Assembly (NCBI GenBank): GCA_964016885.1
Contig: OZ024740.1
Span: 181,784,001 to 181,848,000 of the forward strand
Reading direction: 5' to 3'
DNA from: Eledone cirrhosa
Lineage: Eukaryota
Length of the DNA: 64,000 nucleotides
Part shown: positions 11,551-26,799 of the stretch, piece by piece
Numbering within the stretch: the stretch's first letter is position 1
How the letters are laid out: each line of letters starts with the position of its first letter
Made by a program: the position numbers and the translations under genes
The notes under the pieces: model-generated
What the model saw: the letters and a program-made list of their open reading frames with translations, nothing else
What the model was told of the DNA's origin: nothing
Databases searched by the model: none

Positions 11551-11995
11551 TATTATTATTATTATTGCGCTTTGAGTCTCAGTCATTGATGTTATTTAAC
11601 TGGAAAGTTTGTTGAAATTAATATCAAGCAACTACCTGCAGCCTCAGACATTCAGGACGTATCGGAGGGTTCTTGCTGTTCCCAGCAAGCATGCCTTTTG
11701 AAGTGTTCCAAAAAGCGGGGTGGACTAATCTTCTTTAACCATCCCTGGAAACTCTTTGAGATAGTACCTAGTGCACCTATGACAATTGGGATGACCTTGA
11801 TTTCATGGCAGTTCCAAATCCTTTTTAACTCCCTCTTTAAGTCCTGGTATCGGTTAATTTTCTCCCTCTCCTTTTCTTGCACTTTTGTGTCAAATGGGCA
11901 AGCTACATCTACAATCAGGCAATCTTTTTTCCTTGTCCAAAACCACCTGGTCTTATTATTATTATTGTTATTATTATTATCATTATTATTATTAT
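11551..11995 (-). mobile_element. 5'-truncated R4/Dong-like LINE 3' end (restriction-like endonuclease C-terminus) inserted in (TAA)n
   Basis: CLIVDVACPFD...EKINRYQDLKRELKRIW...IPIVIGALG in ORF 11652..12029. TAA repeats lie on both sides. Confidence 0.88.
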
Positions 11996-12169
11996 TCCTT
12001 TTGTCATGCAGTGTACAGGAGAAATACACCAGAGTTTTTTATCATGTCAAGTTAAAACAAAGACCTCAAACAGATAATATTTTTTTTTAAATGTGCCTAT
12101 GAAGTCTGATTTTTGTATGACACCAATCTTGCCTGGTATTCCCAAATGCTTTACTACTACTACTACTAC

Positions 12170-15100
12170 TAGTATCCCCCCCCCCAAAAAAAAATGAAGA
12201 GCAAGAAAGAACCCTAAAAAAAAAGAAAATGAAAACTACCCCACCTCCTCAAGTACCATGTTGGTCCTACACCACCACCACCAGCACCACCGCCGCCCTT
12301 AGCATCTACCCCATCGTCACCTGCAACAACACGACAGCAAACACAGAAAGCACCAACACCCAAACAGCAGACACAATACACAGCCATAGACACAGAAAAT
12401 ACAAAGCTTTTAAATTACATTCAACACCCCACCAACATCAGAGAAACAAACTATGTACAAACCACCCAAATTGCACCCACCTCACCCCCACACACATACA
12501 GAAAAAATAATAGAAATTACACAAAAAATTACATAACATTAAAAAATGTTCCCCACATCAATTGGAGACTACCGAAGGAACGTCACCAAAAGAATATTCA
12601 CGGATATTCTTGTGGAGAAACCCACCACTGGTCGGAGGGATGGATCACCCACCCCTTCCTAAAGAAGAGCCACAGGTAATTTTTTCTACCTCTCACTTGT
12701 TTTCCTCCTATCCTAGCCAACATGGCTTTTCACAGAATACGTAGCATAAATGTACGTGGCCTCGGGTCGTCTTGGAAGCAGGGCCACCTACTGAATGATC
12801 TCAGCTCGCTAAACCGCTAAACATGGATGTGGTGGCCAGCAGCGAGACCAGAATCTCCGAGGCACGGGCATTCGCACCCATTTTCGGTGGCTACGAGGTG
12901 TACACATTTCCAAGCCATCCCAGATCGGGGGGGGGGCGTATTGTTCCGGAAAAGTCTGGACCTCGAGATACGGGCCGTCTTCTTGGACCCAGAGGGTAAG
13001 TTGGTGGTACTAGACGTGACTAGCGGAGAAAGACAAGCTTTCAGGCTAGTGGCCGCTTATGCCCCAACAAGAGCCGGACAGCCTGAAATTATTCCGGCGC
13101 CTGGAGACCTTTCTTGGAACGTCCCGCTCTCTAGTGTTAGTGGCTGACTGGAACGGGATCTTAGAAGCACGCTGGGATTGTGTAGGATTAGCCGATAAGG
13201 GAGGAGGGTATAAAAGCCTCGCAAACATGCTCAGACGGTTTAAACTGTCTGAGAGGTACCGATTGGATTTCCCGAATGTGCCAATGTGGACATGGACATA
13301 ACGCATCGGGTCATCCAGATCATATCTACATAGGGTATTTTGTAGGGAAATAGATAGGTCTAGTATAGGCTGTCCACATTTCAAAATAGTCGACTACACG
13401 GACCACAAATTCGTGATTTGTGAGTTTGACTTAGTTATGCTTCATATACAGGGACCCGGCTACTGGAAGCTAAACGCGTCATTAACAGCGCGCAACGCCT
13501 ACAGAGACCGGATTAGTGAACTAGTTAAGCGGTCGTTGACGGGGGCCATCGTCAACAACAAGTGGTGATTTGCTCTGAAAAGAGCGATTAGAATAGAGTC
13601 CATTAGGTTTAATAAGGCTTTAGCAACAGAGAGAAATAGAGCAGAGGGATAACTAGTTAGAAAATTAGACGAGGCGCTTAGTAATGGCGTTGCAACTGAC
13701 GTACTTGCGGCGAAATTGGCCCTTCACCAATTCTTCAATGCAAAGCACGAAGGCTGCGTTGTCAAAGCTAGGGTGCGTGTTCTCAGATACGAGGGGACGA
13801 AAGCCGTTCAATGGGCCCTAGTACGAAGGCGCGTCGTTGCAACAAAGCCACAATTCGGTCTTTGGTAGACCACGACGGTCACATGCTACTTGATCCCGGG
13901 AAAATGTGTGAAGCTTTTCAGCGACACTTCGCTCAGCTGTTCGGGGGCAGCGGTGGGCCGGATCGAAGAAGGGATTTTAGTGCCTAACTCGAGCGTTGCG
14001 AAAAGCCGATAACAGCCGCTGAAGTACGGGAGGCAATGACTGGCTGCACAAAGGGTAAATCGCCTGGTTTGGATGGTCTGCTCTATGAACTTTACGTACA
14101 GATGCCAGACTTGTTCGGAAGCCTCTTGGCGGATGTCTACTGTAACTGGCAACAGAACGGGAGAATTACAAGATCTGTGAGCCGAGGAGCGGTGGCACTG
14201 CTGAGAAATGATCCAAACAAGGGGGATAACAGATAATTTCAGGCCCATAACTCTGCTAAACACAGATTTCAAGATGTTGGCCAAGGTGCTAGCAAAGAGG
14301 TTGGCGCTTGTCGTTGGTGGTCTGGTGGGAGAGGCGCAGACATGCGCCATTCCAGACAGATCCATCAACTACAACCTCCACCTCATGCGATACATCGTAG
14401 AGAGGGTAGCTAGGGAACCTGGCACGGGTGGGTCCTTGATCAATTTAGATCAGTCGAAAGCTACGATAGGGTCGACCATCGTTATCTGGCGGCAGTCCTG
14501 AGGGGGGGCTGTCTTTGGGCCCGTCTTCAGAGGCTGGATCGCTGCCATGCACAGTGATATCTGCTCTGTGGTTAGAGTGAAAGGTCACCTTTCGGAACCG
14601 TTCAACATCATACGCTCGGTCCGCCAAGGATGACTCCTCTCGTCCCTCTTGTACGTATTGACTCTCGAGCCATTACTGCACAAACTGGAGACATTGAGTG
14701 CGGTCCTGCGCGAACTAGGATGCGGAAGATCCGTGTCAGCATATGCGGACGATGTCACAGTAATGGTGTTGAACGCCAGACACATCGCGGCGATCGGCAC
14801 AACACTAAGAGAATACGAAGTGGTGACAGGAGCAATGATCAACAAGGAAAAGTCGGTGGGCCTGCAGCTCGGCACCTGGAGAGGGAGGTCCATGCCGTCC
14901 AACAGCGTCGTCGGGCGCTTGATGAACGGACCGTCGTGTCTTATCCTAAGCCTCGCCTGACCGCGCTGGAGCGTTTGCTCTTTCCCTTTTTGTGGAAGGG
15001 ACGCGCTCCGAAAATCAGGCCGTCCATCTGCTGTCAACAAGGGCTGGGCATGCCGTGGCTGATGCTGTGCAGACATGCGCTCAGGCTACGACATCTCCAC

Positions 15101-16170
15101 CTCGTCCTCAACAGTGACCAGGTGTGGTCGCCGTTTGCTAGACGCGTCTTTCCCCAGCTCGTCTCCTTAACAGAGCTGCAGTGCTTGGTTAAGCGAAGGC
15201 CGAGAGGGAGCGCTTGGAGACTGGAATGTCTTCAGGCACTCACAGCCCTCGACCAGTCGGGAAATCTGATCGGTGGAAACTCCACCTTGGCGTTCTATAG
15301 AGTATTAGTGGAGGGGAAGAGCGACGACGTACTTGGGGAAACTCTAGGCCTCGACGAAAACCAACTAGCCATTCTCTTCGTAAGAACTTTCGGGCCAGAG
15401 CCTATGGAAAACTTCCAGAAATCTCTGGCCTGGCAGTGCTACCGAGGAGCTTTGCCAGTTCGGAATAAACTCTACAGGCGTGGAAGTGCGGTCAGCCGGG
15501 CATGTCCGAGATGCGCGCAAGGCGACAAAACCGTCCAGTGTCAGAGCATTGCTGACTTATGGGATTATGTTGAACACCTGCTGTCGCGTGTAGAACGGAT
15601 CCGGCAATCAGCTTAGTCCATCGTGAGGATTGACCCGCCCTCTTCCTTTAGCCGGGTAGGGCAGGCAGTTTTTATATGTCTGGTGGCCACAGCGAAAGAG
15701 AAAGTATGGTGGACACGTCTGAAAGGGACGAGCACTTAACTCTTCGGTGATGCCCTGATTAACTTTTTTCAAATTTCATTGGAAATGAAAATCAGGGTAG
15801 AGAGGAAGTGCTCTCTTCCCAGAATTTTGTTGAAAGATGGGTGAGAGAGGCAAGAATGGTCCAAGTGAATGGCCCTACTCTGAATATGTGCCTGTAAATT
15901 GAAGGTGGAAAACTGGGAGAGGGCACTTGCCCTGGTGGTCAGGGTCACCGTGGCTTTTTTAATGGGCTTTCTCCACGATGTCCCTTGGAATTCTCCCCCC
16001 TATTAGGACATTTTTCATTGTTCCTTTTTTTGTTACATCCTTTGTTTTTGTTTTTTTAGACGCAGAAATGACCATTTGTACCGCCTTGTATTGTCCTGTA
16101 CTGTCCTTAATGTCTTACTTTGTGTAAACCCTTGTGGTTAATAAAGAAATAATAATTATTATTATTATTA
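12170..16170 (+). mobile_element. Decayed Tx1/L1-clade LINE: ORF2 (APE endonuclease, RT, C-terminal CCHC-like region) from ~12722, 3' UTR, AATAAA and (TAA/ATT) tail
   Basis: SINVRGL start; AYAP and ADWNG (APE); GPGYWKLN; KSPGLDGL; NFRPITLLNTDFKMLAK; SVRQG; AYADDVTV; CPRC. Many stops and frameshifts. The 5' boundary is approximate. Confidence 0.9.
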
Positions 16171-16602
16171 TTTCCCTTGCCTTTTTTTCATTTTTTTTTC
16201 ATCTCCAACTTATTTTTATTCTCTGCATCTGTGGTTATCATCTTCCTCCCCTTCTTCTTCACTATCCAGTTCTCAATTCCATTTATTTGAAAATGCATGA
16301 TATTTTCAATTTAGCAGTTAATAAGTAATGTATTTGTTCAGTAACCGATTTCTTTGAGCTTCAACTCTTCTGACCATTAAGCGTTGGAGCCATAACAAGT
16401 TTACCTGCTAACAAATTACCTTCCTAAGGCAATAGTAGACAAATATGAACTGAATTGCTAACAGAAAATTTAATTAAATAACCAAAACTCCTCATTTCTT
16501 CTCCTCTTAATTCTGAAGTGACATGCATAATAAAGTGAAAAATATAAACAGAGAAAAAATAAAACATATATATGTATGTGTGTGTGTTTTTGTCTATATA
16601 TA

Positions 16603-16652
<50 letters not shown>

Positions 16653-17096
16653 CTAACCAATGCTAGCATGGAAGATATACTTTAAATGATGATATATATA
16701 CTTCCATTTCATCCTTGGATTTTATCATAAGCAGATAACATACAAGCTTATGCACACACATGCATAAACACATTCACATACACAAACTAATAACTACACA
16801 AACACACCCAAATACACACATTCATCACACACATAATCACACCATACAGCATACATAAGCTTTCACATACACATGCACACACATGCACACACACGATCAA
16901 ACGTATGCACGCCTATGAAATGCACTCCATCTGCACTCCCATAGCAATGCCAATGATAGACAATATTCAGGCAGTAGGATTAGGGAGAATCTTTATATAT
17001 ATGTGTGTGTGTATATATATATGTATGTGTATGTGTAGATGTGTATATTCATATATGTGTGTGTGTGGATGAATATGCAAGTATAAATGCATAAAT

Positions 17097-17166
<70 letters not shown>

Positions 17167-18317
17167 TATGAGTGCATATATATGTATGAATAGGATTGAT
17201 TTATTTTATACTTATATTATAATCACTATTTTATTCTGAAAATAATCTATGTCCTTCGTTTACTATAGATTATAATATTTCCTAGTCACTAAACCTTTAC
17301 TTTATTATTTATTACTTTTATATACTTCTGTAAATTTTTATTGTTTTTCTTAATATATTTTCTTAATATTAATTTCATAATTTCTATTAATAAGTAGAAT
17401 TGTTTTAGGTGTATATATCTAACTCTATTTTAGTGAGTAATATATATGTATCCAAGTATGGGTGTTCATAAAATATTTATTTACTGAATGTTATACTTTA
17501 TAATTTATTACTGAAAGCTCTACCACAGGGTTTCCTGTGGCATGTAAAGTATAGATTGTATTTAAACAATTCTGATGAGCTTATCTTGTAAAGAGCCATA
17601 ACTCAATATAGTGATACACTTGTCCGATTGTCTAACAACTCTTGCCACTTTTGAAGAAACCAAGAGTTATATGTCTTGGTTGTAATGGAGGAGTTGATTA
17701 TCAAGTAACTCTCTACTTTATATATAAAATATACTTTAGTTGTTGAAGTGATGTCTGAATGAATATCCTCCACCACCAACTAACCTGTTATTCTTCCTCT
17801 AAATCCCAGCCGACAGAATGGAGAATGCATTGCCCCAAGGGACGATGAGGGAGATGCACTGAAACAGCCACTCCATATGTTTTAACATTTCATTAGTAGC
17901 TGTAACATACTAATTCAAGTGTTAGAGATTGTCTAGACAAATGTATCCATATTATGTATGTTTCATTATATAATTATACAGGTGCAATAATATAAGATGA
18001 TCTGGGATAAGAGCTGTTATGAGAACTATTCTTACCACCCATATACACATATATATAAATTAATAAAAACAATGAATAAAAACAAAGAACAAGTTCCTTA
18101 TATTAAAAAAATTCATCATTTTACGATCGTTTCTAGGATATATATGTGTGTTGGTATGTATATCATATAGATCTATGTAAACATTTTACAAATTATCAGA
18201 TGAAATATACATACCTTCACATATATATGCTGTCTTCAGAAATGATGATATTTGTTTATGGAAAAAACCCAACAAAGATTTAATATAATAGGTCTGTTTG
18301 GGAACAGGTTTTGAATT

Positions 18318-18935
18318 CATCATCATCATCATCATCACCGTTTTACGTCCGTTCTTCCACGCTAGCATGGGTTAGACGGGTTGTCCTGTTGTGGGCAGTG
18401 TCTGGTCGGCTGACCATGCCTTGCTCATACAGGAACTGATTTGGCTTGATTTCTACAGCTGGATGCCCTTGCTAACACCAACCTCATTTACAGTGAGTGC
18501 TGGGTGCTTTTTCGTGGCGCCTACGCGTCCACTTTACAGTGTGGGCTGGGTGCTTTTTTACCGTGGCACCTCCACGACCACCTTGCAATGGGAGGGTGTG
18601 GGGGCATATTGTCTATATGCTTCAGCATGTACCCATAGGAGGTCGGGTACTCTGTATTACTGCATGACGCCAGAGGTCACGGTCATGTGTCATCGCCTTG
18701 GAGAGGTGTAATTGGGTAAGGTCGGCTTTTATCACCCCATCCCAGGTCATCTTGGGTCTTCCCACTCAGCGGTTTCCATCGACTTCTAGTGCTCTGCACC
18801 TTTTTATGCAGCTGTCATTCTCCATACGCATCACATGTCCATACCAACGCAACCGCCTCTCCTGCACACAGCATTTGATTCCTCTTATGCTCAGTCTCTC
18901 TCTCAATTCATTTATGCTTTGTCGGTTGCGTATAT
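18318..18935 (-). mobile_element. 5'-truncated RTE-clade LINE (family A) 3' end with (GAT)n tail
   Basis: The minus strand encodes QERRLRWYGHVMRM...GRPKMTW. The 3' UTR is shared with 29250-29860, and there is an ATC repeat tail. Confidence 0.9.
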
Positions 18936-19585
18936 AGAAAAGTAGTAAGTGGTCAAGTTGATAGAATAGTAGTAGTAGAAATTTAATTTAGGGGTAGAGG
19001 AATGCAGACTTAAGTTTTGAAAAGAATACTTTGGGGATGAAAAGAGGTCATGCCGGTGGAAGGTACATGAAAATTTGATGCTATTAAAGAATAATGTTAA
19101 CGTTAAAACTGAAGGAGAATAACATTTTAGGGTAAAAGTTTAATTATTTTCAAATCACATAGCAAGTAAAAAACTTACTTAAGAATGGTAATATTCAGAG
19201 ATTTCAATATTCTATATAGCTGTTTCATGAGTGAAATAAAAATGGATGGAGATGAAACAGTAATCATCAGTAAAATGTTCATCTTACTAAATGCATAGTT
19301 TCAAAATAGTATTAAAAAGTACATGGTAAGGCACACAATAATATGAGGATACAGCACAGAAGTGGATTTAAAGTTTTTTTTTTTCTTTAATCCGTCAGTG
19401 TAAAGGTTTTTAATAAAAGGAGTTTTATGAGATATTACAAGTTTCAATGAGCAAATTCAACTTATTAAAATATTAAATTTAAAAATGTCAAAGATTAAAA
19501 GTTAAAATATTTGAAGTTGAAAAATATCTCATCATTTGTCTGTAATGAGAATATCTGGGTTTATCTAGAAAGAAGAATTATTCTT

Positions 19586-19644
<59 letters not shown>

Positions 19645-20886
19645 GTGCATGTGTGTGTATGTGTGTATATATATATGTGTGTGTGTGTATATATATATAT
19701 ACTGTTCTTTGCATATTTTATAAACCCCAGTTTAGAAAAAATAACTCTTAATCAAATAAATATATGTGTGTGTGTGCGTGCATGTGTGTGTTTATGTTTA
19801 TATATAGTTCATGAATTAGCAGAACATCACACTGATGCAAAAACACAGTCTCATTTGGCTCATGCTTGGGAAGAAGTAAATGAGCATTTTAAAGTATGAG
19901 ATATAAGTTCTTCTTTATGAAATAACAATGTTCAGAGAGAGAGAAAGAAGTTTGTAAAAAAAATGTTTTAAGACAGTTGGCAAGAGTAGGCATGTAGTCC
20001 AGCAGGCAGTGGTGGTGTTGCAGTGCTGTTATATGTGTGCAGATGAAGTGCATTTCTAGGGTTTGAAGCTACTGGAAATAAAGTATTTTGAAATTGATTG
20101 CAGCTAGTTGAAATTAAATATTTTGCTCAGTCCAGGGATTGAACCCATGACCATGCCTTCATTAGAATATAATCTTGGCATTAAAGATGATTGTTTTCTA
20201 AAAAAGAGATAATTTATGTGCTTTTACAGTTTTATTTGTGAATATTCATCATTTTTAATTTGTACCAGCTTGCTCCTTTTTGGCAATAGAGAATTGTGAA
20301 CACATTCAATTTTCCATATGTTCTATTCATGAAAGTCCAAGTGTGCATTCCTCTTTTAATCTTTAGCTGTTTAATTTAGTTTTTCATCTCTATTATTTCT
20401 CAAGCTTTGTTTTATAGATGTGCTGATTTGTCTTGTGCTCCAATAATAAATTTACACGGGGTGGCCTGTTGGTAATTAGTGCAAATGTTAGCAATGCATA
20501 ATTCATATTAAACAAAATGCAATAACATTTTCAAAACTAGCCTAATTAGTTACTCAAGTATCCATCAACAATTTTATCAATTGCTTTCCATTTTTTTTTA
20601 TGTAATGTCCCTTCAATGATAATGGATATTTTTCCAGAGAGGGAAGCAGGGATGAAAGATAAAATTCTAATTATTATTGTAATGATAATTTTTTGGTAGA
20701 ATCAATAAAGTGCAGAAAAGATAACTTGCACTATTCTGTTATAAAGCTTTATGTGCTGAGTTCAAATCTTACAAAATCGGTCTTTCCCAATCCTCCTCCT
20801 AGAGTTGATAAGATAAGTATCAACCAAATACTCAGGCTGATTTAATTGATTATTGCCTTAATAAAGATTATTATTATCATCATGGT

Positions 20887-21067
20887 TGATTGGCAGTATC
20901 GGTAGAGGGTCGGACGCCATGCTTTGACACATAGAGTTACAGCCCTTTCCATTCTGAGATCAAATCCCGCCGAGGTTAACTTTGCCTTTCATCCTTACGC
21001 GGTCAATAAAATAAAGTACCAGTAATGCACTGGGTAATTGCTGGCCTTGTGCCAAAAGTAGAAACAA
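20887..21067 (+). mobile_element. SINE family A copy with ATTATTATCATCATGGT TSD, next to an RTE fragment (21078-21230)
   Basis: Core identical to the other family A copies, with duplicated flanks. The downstream ORF reads ...GRPRKTWAEVV. Confidence 0.85.
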
Positions 21068-21254
21068 TTATTATCATCATGGTATGGACATGTGATGCAC
21101 ATGGAGGATGACCGTTGGCTGAAGAAGTGCCAGGAAGTCCCAGTGGAGGGAAGACGCAGTAGAGGTAGGCCACGAAAAACATGGGCGGAGGTGGTGAGAG
21201 CAGACCTCAGATTGCTGAAATACACCGAGGAGTTATGGTCCTTTATGATTTATG

Positions 21255-21960
21255 ATTGGAGTTCAAATCCCGCCGAGGTTAACTTTGCCTTTCATCCTTA
21301 GAGGGGTCGATATAATAAAGTACCAGTCACACACTGGGGTCGATTTAATCAACTTCCCCTCCCCCAAAATTGCTGGCCTTGTGCTTATATAAAAAACCAT
21401 TATTATTAAGCAATTAGCATTATAGAAAATGTTACGAACCAAAATTGCTGGTCTGGTTCCAATATTAGAAACATTATTGTTATTGATTATTTCTATCAAT
21501 TAGTTGTTTAAAACGTGCATCTACTATAGTAGTAATTGAGTATTAAAATCTTTTGTATCTATTTTTAAGGGCAGTTGATTGGCAGAATCATTAGAGCTTT
21601 GGGCAAAAGGCTTTGTAGTAATTTGGTTTGGTCCTATACATTCTGAGATCAGATGCTGCCAAATTCAACTTTTGTTTTCATATCTTTGGGGTTGAGTAGT
21701 AAGTTTAATTTAATCAACTTTCATCTCCCACCAAAATTGCTAGCCTTGTATTTAAATTAAAAACCATTATTTAAAAGCAGTGGATTGGCAGAATCATCAG
21801 CGTGTCAGAAAAATCATTTGTAGTATATATTCTGTCTTTTTATCTTCTAAGATCAAATCCTGCTAAAGTTAACTTTGATTTTCATCCTTCTAAGATTGAT
21901 TAAATAAAGTACCAATCAAGTATCGGGTTGATATAATAAACTTCTCATCCTCAAATTAAA
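21255..21960 (+). mobile_element. Cluster of three older/partial SINE family A-related copies
   Basis: Repeated degenerate cores (AAATCC..GTTAACTTTG..TTTCATC) at ~21260, ~21640 and ~21850. Confidence 0.7.
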
Positions 21961-23221
21961 GATAATATTAATTATTATTATTATGTAATTTCGGTTTAGC
22001 TTTGTTTCCCATAATTCAATCTTTATCAGGTTCAGTCTTTCTAAAAATGGAGAGATTTCTCAGTACCCATAGTCACAAAAATTAACTCTTGCTGGTTTGT
22101 TTCACACAACGAGTAGACAGGTAAGTATAGATTGTATCCGCAAGATAATGGAATGTAAATAAGCAAATAGGAGCATCAAACACCTAAGTCTGAATGTAGA
22201 TACACTTAGAAAAAATGCAAAGTAATCACTGAATATCTTTCTATGTAAATACTACACTCCAAAACCAAAGGCAACTGTAAACAAAACACCCAATGGATGA
22301 AACCATTGAATGCCAAACTTGTAACTAATACACTCAGTAAAGCAAAGCCAATTACAAACTAAATGTCCATCCTAGATCCAAGACATTATCCATAATTTCT
22401 ACCATAAACATTATCCATATTTCCTGATCTATACATCGTAAACCCAACCACCAACACTCTCTAAATACCAGTATGGGGGAGACAGACATTTTCAAGTTGT
22501 AGCTGTCATATTACATAGTCTCTGTACATAAATCAGCAGCAAAATAGCTTTTCAAGATTCTAAACTGGAAGAAAACAAGAAAAACCTACAGTTTACAGCT
22601 GCAACCAATACTTACACTGTCATCTTGGCTTCCTTTTTTCTTTGAAATTATGCCTTTATTTTTCATTATGAGTTGTATTTTTAACGTCTAGTGATTTATA
22701 ACTCCTCACACGTATGCAACAACTATTTTACATAACTACAAGAGATTCCAAAAGCATAAATAGCCAATAATACAGAATTTTAAAGTAAATTTTATCTTGA
22801 TGCTAATTCTTTTTTTTTCTTGTATTATTTTCTGTATGTATATTTCATTATGACTATTTAGACGTAAGGTCACAAATCATAAAGTAAGGGACAATTGATT
22901 ATATCATCCCCCAAAAAGACTTTAACTCCAGAGAGGCTAATACTAATTAGCTCAATAAAAACAAGAGACAGCTGAGTTCTACTTTAGTTTCTCTAGTCGG
23001 AAAAGATAAAGAATCTCTGCCAAGCTGATTTTCTTCTCAGAAACATTTCTTGTAAACAAAATGTTAAATGGTAAACTAAAACCTCAATAGAATTGTAACA
23101 ATTTTCACCATGCATACTTTAGGAGAAACAGATGATCAAAAAAGTTCCAGCCATAGACATCCTGTCTTCATATATATATATATAAAGAAATGTAAGTCAG
23201 CAGATTAAAATTAACTTTAGC

Positions 23222-23514
23222 CACTGTTACATATATTTCAGGGATACCCATTATGCAACACCTAGACTTTGAGCCGAAAAAACAGAAAAACATAACGATG
23301 GCATAAAGCATAGTTCTGTTCTTTCGATTTTTTGATATGCTACTGAGGCCTTGAGAAAACACCAAAATTCAGTACAAAGCATATAAAAAATCGAAATAAC
23401 AGAAATAAGCTTTATTTCATCGTTATGTTTTCTGTTTTTTCTGTTCAAAGTCTACCTCTCTGTTGAGGTCATAGCTGTTGCCTAATCATTATCACCGAAA
23501 TATATATAACAGTG
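23222..23514. mobile_element. Foldback MITE (~290 bp, nearly fully palindromic)
   Basis: TIRs CACTGTTACATATATTTC / GAAATATATATAACAGTG, plus ~80-bp internal inverted arms (TAGACTTTGA...GATATGC / GCATAT...TCAAAGTCTA). No clear TSD. Confidence 0.75.
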
Positions 23515-23668
23515 AATATGAATAAACAAAGTTATTTTTATCCTTTTGACTAACATTTCTTGTTTATAAATATATTCCAGAGTAAACAAACCCACCTGCA
23601 CACTTTTCCGAGTGTTCTACCCTGTATACTGACATGTCAATAATTAACAAACACATACACGAATTAAT

Positions 23669-23701
<33 letters not shown>

Positions 23702-25083
23702 GTTCCCGTCCCACCCTTGCAAGCAGGGAAAAGCGGACATAAAATGAAATGATGATGATATATATATATATATATGCTCTTATTCTTTTACTGTTCTTAG
23801 TCATCATACTGTGGCCATGCTAGGGCATTGCCTTGATTAGGTGATCATATTGAACCTTGTACATATTTCTTCAAGTCTGGTAATTAATTTAGTAATTCCT
23901 TTTGGCCAAACTGCTAGGTTATAGAATATAAACACAAACATGCTCACACACACATATACACACACATATTTCAGCTGGGATGAAGTTAATTAGTGGGGAT
24001 AACTTTTTAGCCCCTTTTCACATCTATTAATTTAATAATTGTAGCCTGCAGGACGCTGTATGAGAATATTAATTTGTGAGATTAAAGTTTGCATCGCTGA
24101 GCTATTTTTTCACATAACTGTATCTAATGAGTTTGACTATTGCCACACTAGCAAATTTGTTGATAGAATGCTGCTACATGCAATGATTAAGACATGACAA
24201 TGTTAGTATTCAGTAATATATTTTGGTATATAAATATGTGGATTTAGTTATCACAAACATTAATTAAACAAAGATCATAGGCACTGCTGAACCAATAAAG
24301 ACAACTTTACACAGCTATTCATCACGCTAGAAATAGCAGCCAAATTTCCCTTAAGTCACACAATTCTTATTCTAAAAAAGAAGAACTCATTAATAGTCAT
24401 CGATATATAGAAAAGTTGAATGATAGTGGAATAACTCTGATCATAAATTCCCTTGATCAAGACAAGCATGTTTAATATTAACATTGTTTCCCTATGTATG
24501 GTAGGATCTCATATCTTTTGAGAGAGCCGTCAAGGTGCTGCATTGACATATGGTGTTTGTTAAGCATTTTAAAACCTGGCAGCACCAATCCCTCTCCAGG
24601 TATGAACACAACAGATTTCTTCTAGGGAAGGACAGAGAGTAAGGAATGGAAGCCAGAAAGAGATATAGAGGAAGAATCGACCCCCATTAATAGACTGGTA
24701 ATATTTTAATCAAACTTGAATGGATTTAAGATAAAGTTGACCTGGTAGGATTTGAAGTCAGAGAGCAGAGACCCAGAACAAATACTACAAAATATTCTAT
24801 TCAATGTTCTAACCACCCTGCCAATTCACCATCTCAACATTGTATAATCTTATAAGTGTAATAAAATTATTTCAAAGAAGATATGAAACTGTGCATCAGC
24901 CATAACTGACTAAGAGCACATCTCTAATCATAGAATTGAATGAGAATTAAGCCTTAGATAGAAACCTTTTGATAGATATTATTTTCAATTAAGAATATAC
25001 TCAAATAAGGGTGTTTGTCAAAAAAGAAAAAAAATATATATATATACATACATATATATACATATAGATACATATATATATAT

Positions 25084-25116
<33 letters not shown>

Positions 25117-25536
25117 AAGTAATGTAGAGACAAATATATTTCCTACTTAAAGTATCTTGAATATTCATTTCTATATGACACATTTCTGAGAGAAATTATA
25201 TCAGTGTTCATATTACTTGATTATTTTTATAGAAAAAGAAGAAAATTTCAATAAAAGCCAAATTTAAAAGGACATAATTTTATTAGCAAAAATTAATTTA
25301 TTTTCAGTTAGAGTGAATCTTTTATTTATATTTGTAGTTGTATACATTTTTTCCAGTTTTTCATTTTTATTATGTATTTTTCTTTGTTGAAATCATTGAT
25401 ATTAGTCTTCTTATATTTGAACATAATTTTTAATACACTGCGTTTGATGTCATTAATATATATACACCAAATTTAATGCTTACAGAAAGTAATAATATCC
25501 AACTTGTTTATATACTTACATATAAATATATAAGTA

Positions 25537-25570
<34 letters not shown>

Positions 25571-25590
25571 CATTAAATATATAGATATAC

Positions 25591-25632
<42 letters not shown>

Positions 25633-26799
25633 CATAATGCATATATATGTGTGTGTATACATATATATGTATGTGTGTATGGCTGTCTTTTCTTACCTAC
25701 GTTGTTAATTTCTCTTAATTTTAATTAAATATTAATAATTTTCAGTTTGTTTACTGTTTTAATCAATGCTCTTTGCATTGCAACTTGTGTTTTATTCAAT
25801 ATCAAATGTTCACATGAAATTAAATACAATTCTAAATTGCTACCACACCACTGAAACTATGTTTTAACTACATTTTTATTGAATCTGATGTTTCATAATT
25901 AGAGATTTCTGGAGAAACTTTTCTTTATTTTTTCAATTTAGTGAATTTGATAAGTTATAAAATGAAACTCAAATACAAAAATAAAAGATTCTTCTCCTTG
26001 TATATATTTTCTGTGAACCTAGTTGAAAACCCTTAGTTGATAGAGGTTCAATTTGAAGTTGAGCTATATATAAAGATAAGTGTACTTATAACGTTTTAAT
26101 GCATGCTTTTGACAATATTTTCACAAACTATCAATGGCAAGTATTTTACATATTTTCACATGTTCATTGTACTGTTGTTTAGCCCCTGGTCGACCATTAT
26201 CAAGCAGAGTTATGATAAAATATATGACTATCACAATTCTTATCATATATAGAGTATTCAAAACTATGCGTCCTTTTTTTAGAAAGTAGATGCAACGATG
26301 CCTATGTGGTTAAAGGTTCATTTCACGAATGAATAGATTTGGGTCTCACGTAGGCAAGTGCCTTTTAATCTAACCTCGGATTAACACATGCTTTATGTAT
26401 AAAGTGTGTTAGACAGAAACTGTGCAGATTCCTATCATATATGTATATTAATCAATCAGGTTTCCATAACTGATGAAGCCAGTCATTGGAGTGATAATCT
26501 AAACCAAGCGTCAGCAACTTATTTGCCTCCATGGGCCAGATTGAGTATTAATGATGGATAGCAGGACGGATGAAGGCCATAAAAGAATAATTATGTAAAA
26601 TTGCACAAGCTAAAATTTAATCATGTGTGTTGACTATACTTTAAAATAATTAGTATTAAAAACAGATCATCATTTATTCAATTTAAGACATCGCTGGAAT
26701 CATTTGTTTAAAAAATCTTAAAAATACATATCATAATTTGAGATGATTTCTATTCCCTATAATTTGTCAGGTGGTGTTATTAAGTTAGACATGGTCTGG

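Noticed and set aside
26470-26500. Isolated CTGATGA motifs (also near 30015 on the minus strand and 33788)
   Set aside because: There is no downstream stem II/GAAA/stem III arrangement, and such 7-mers are expected by chance.
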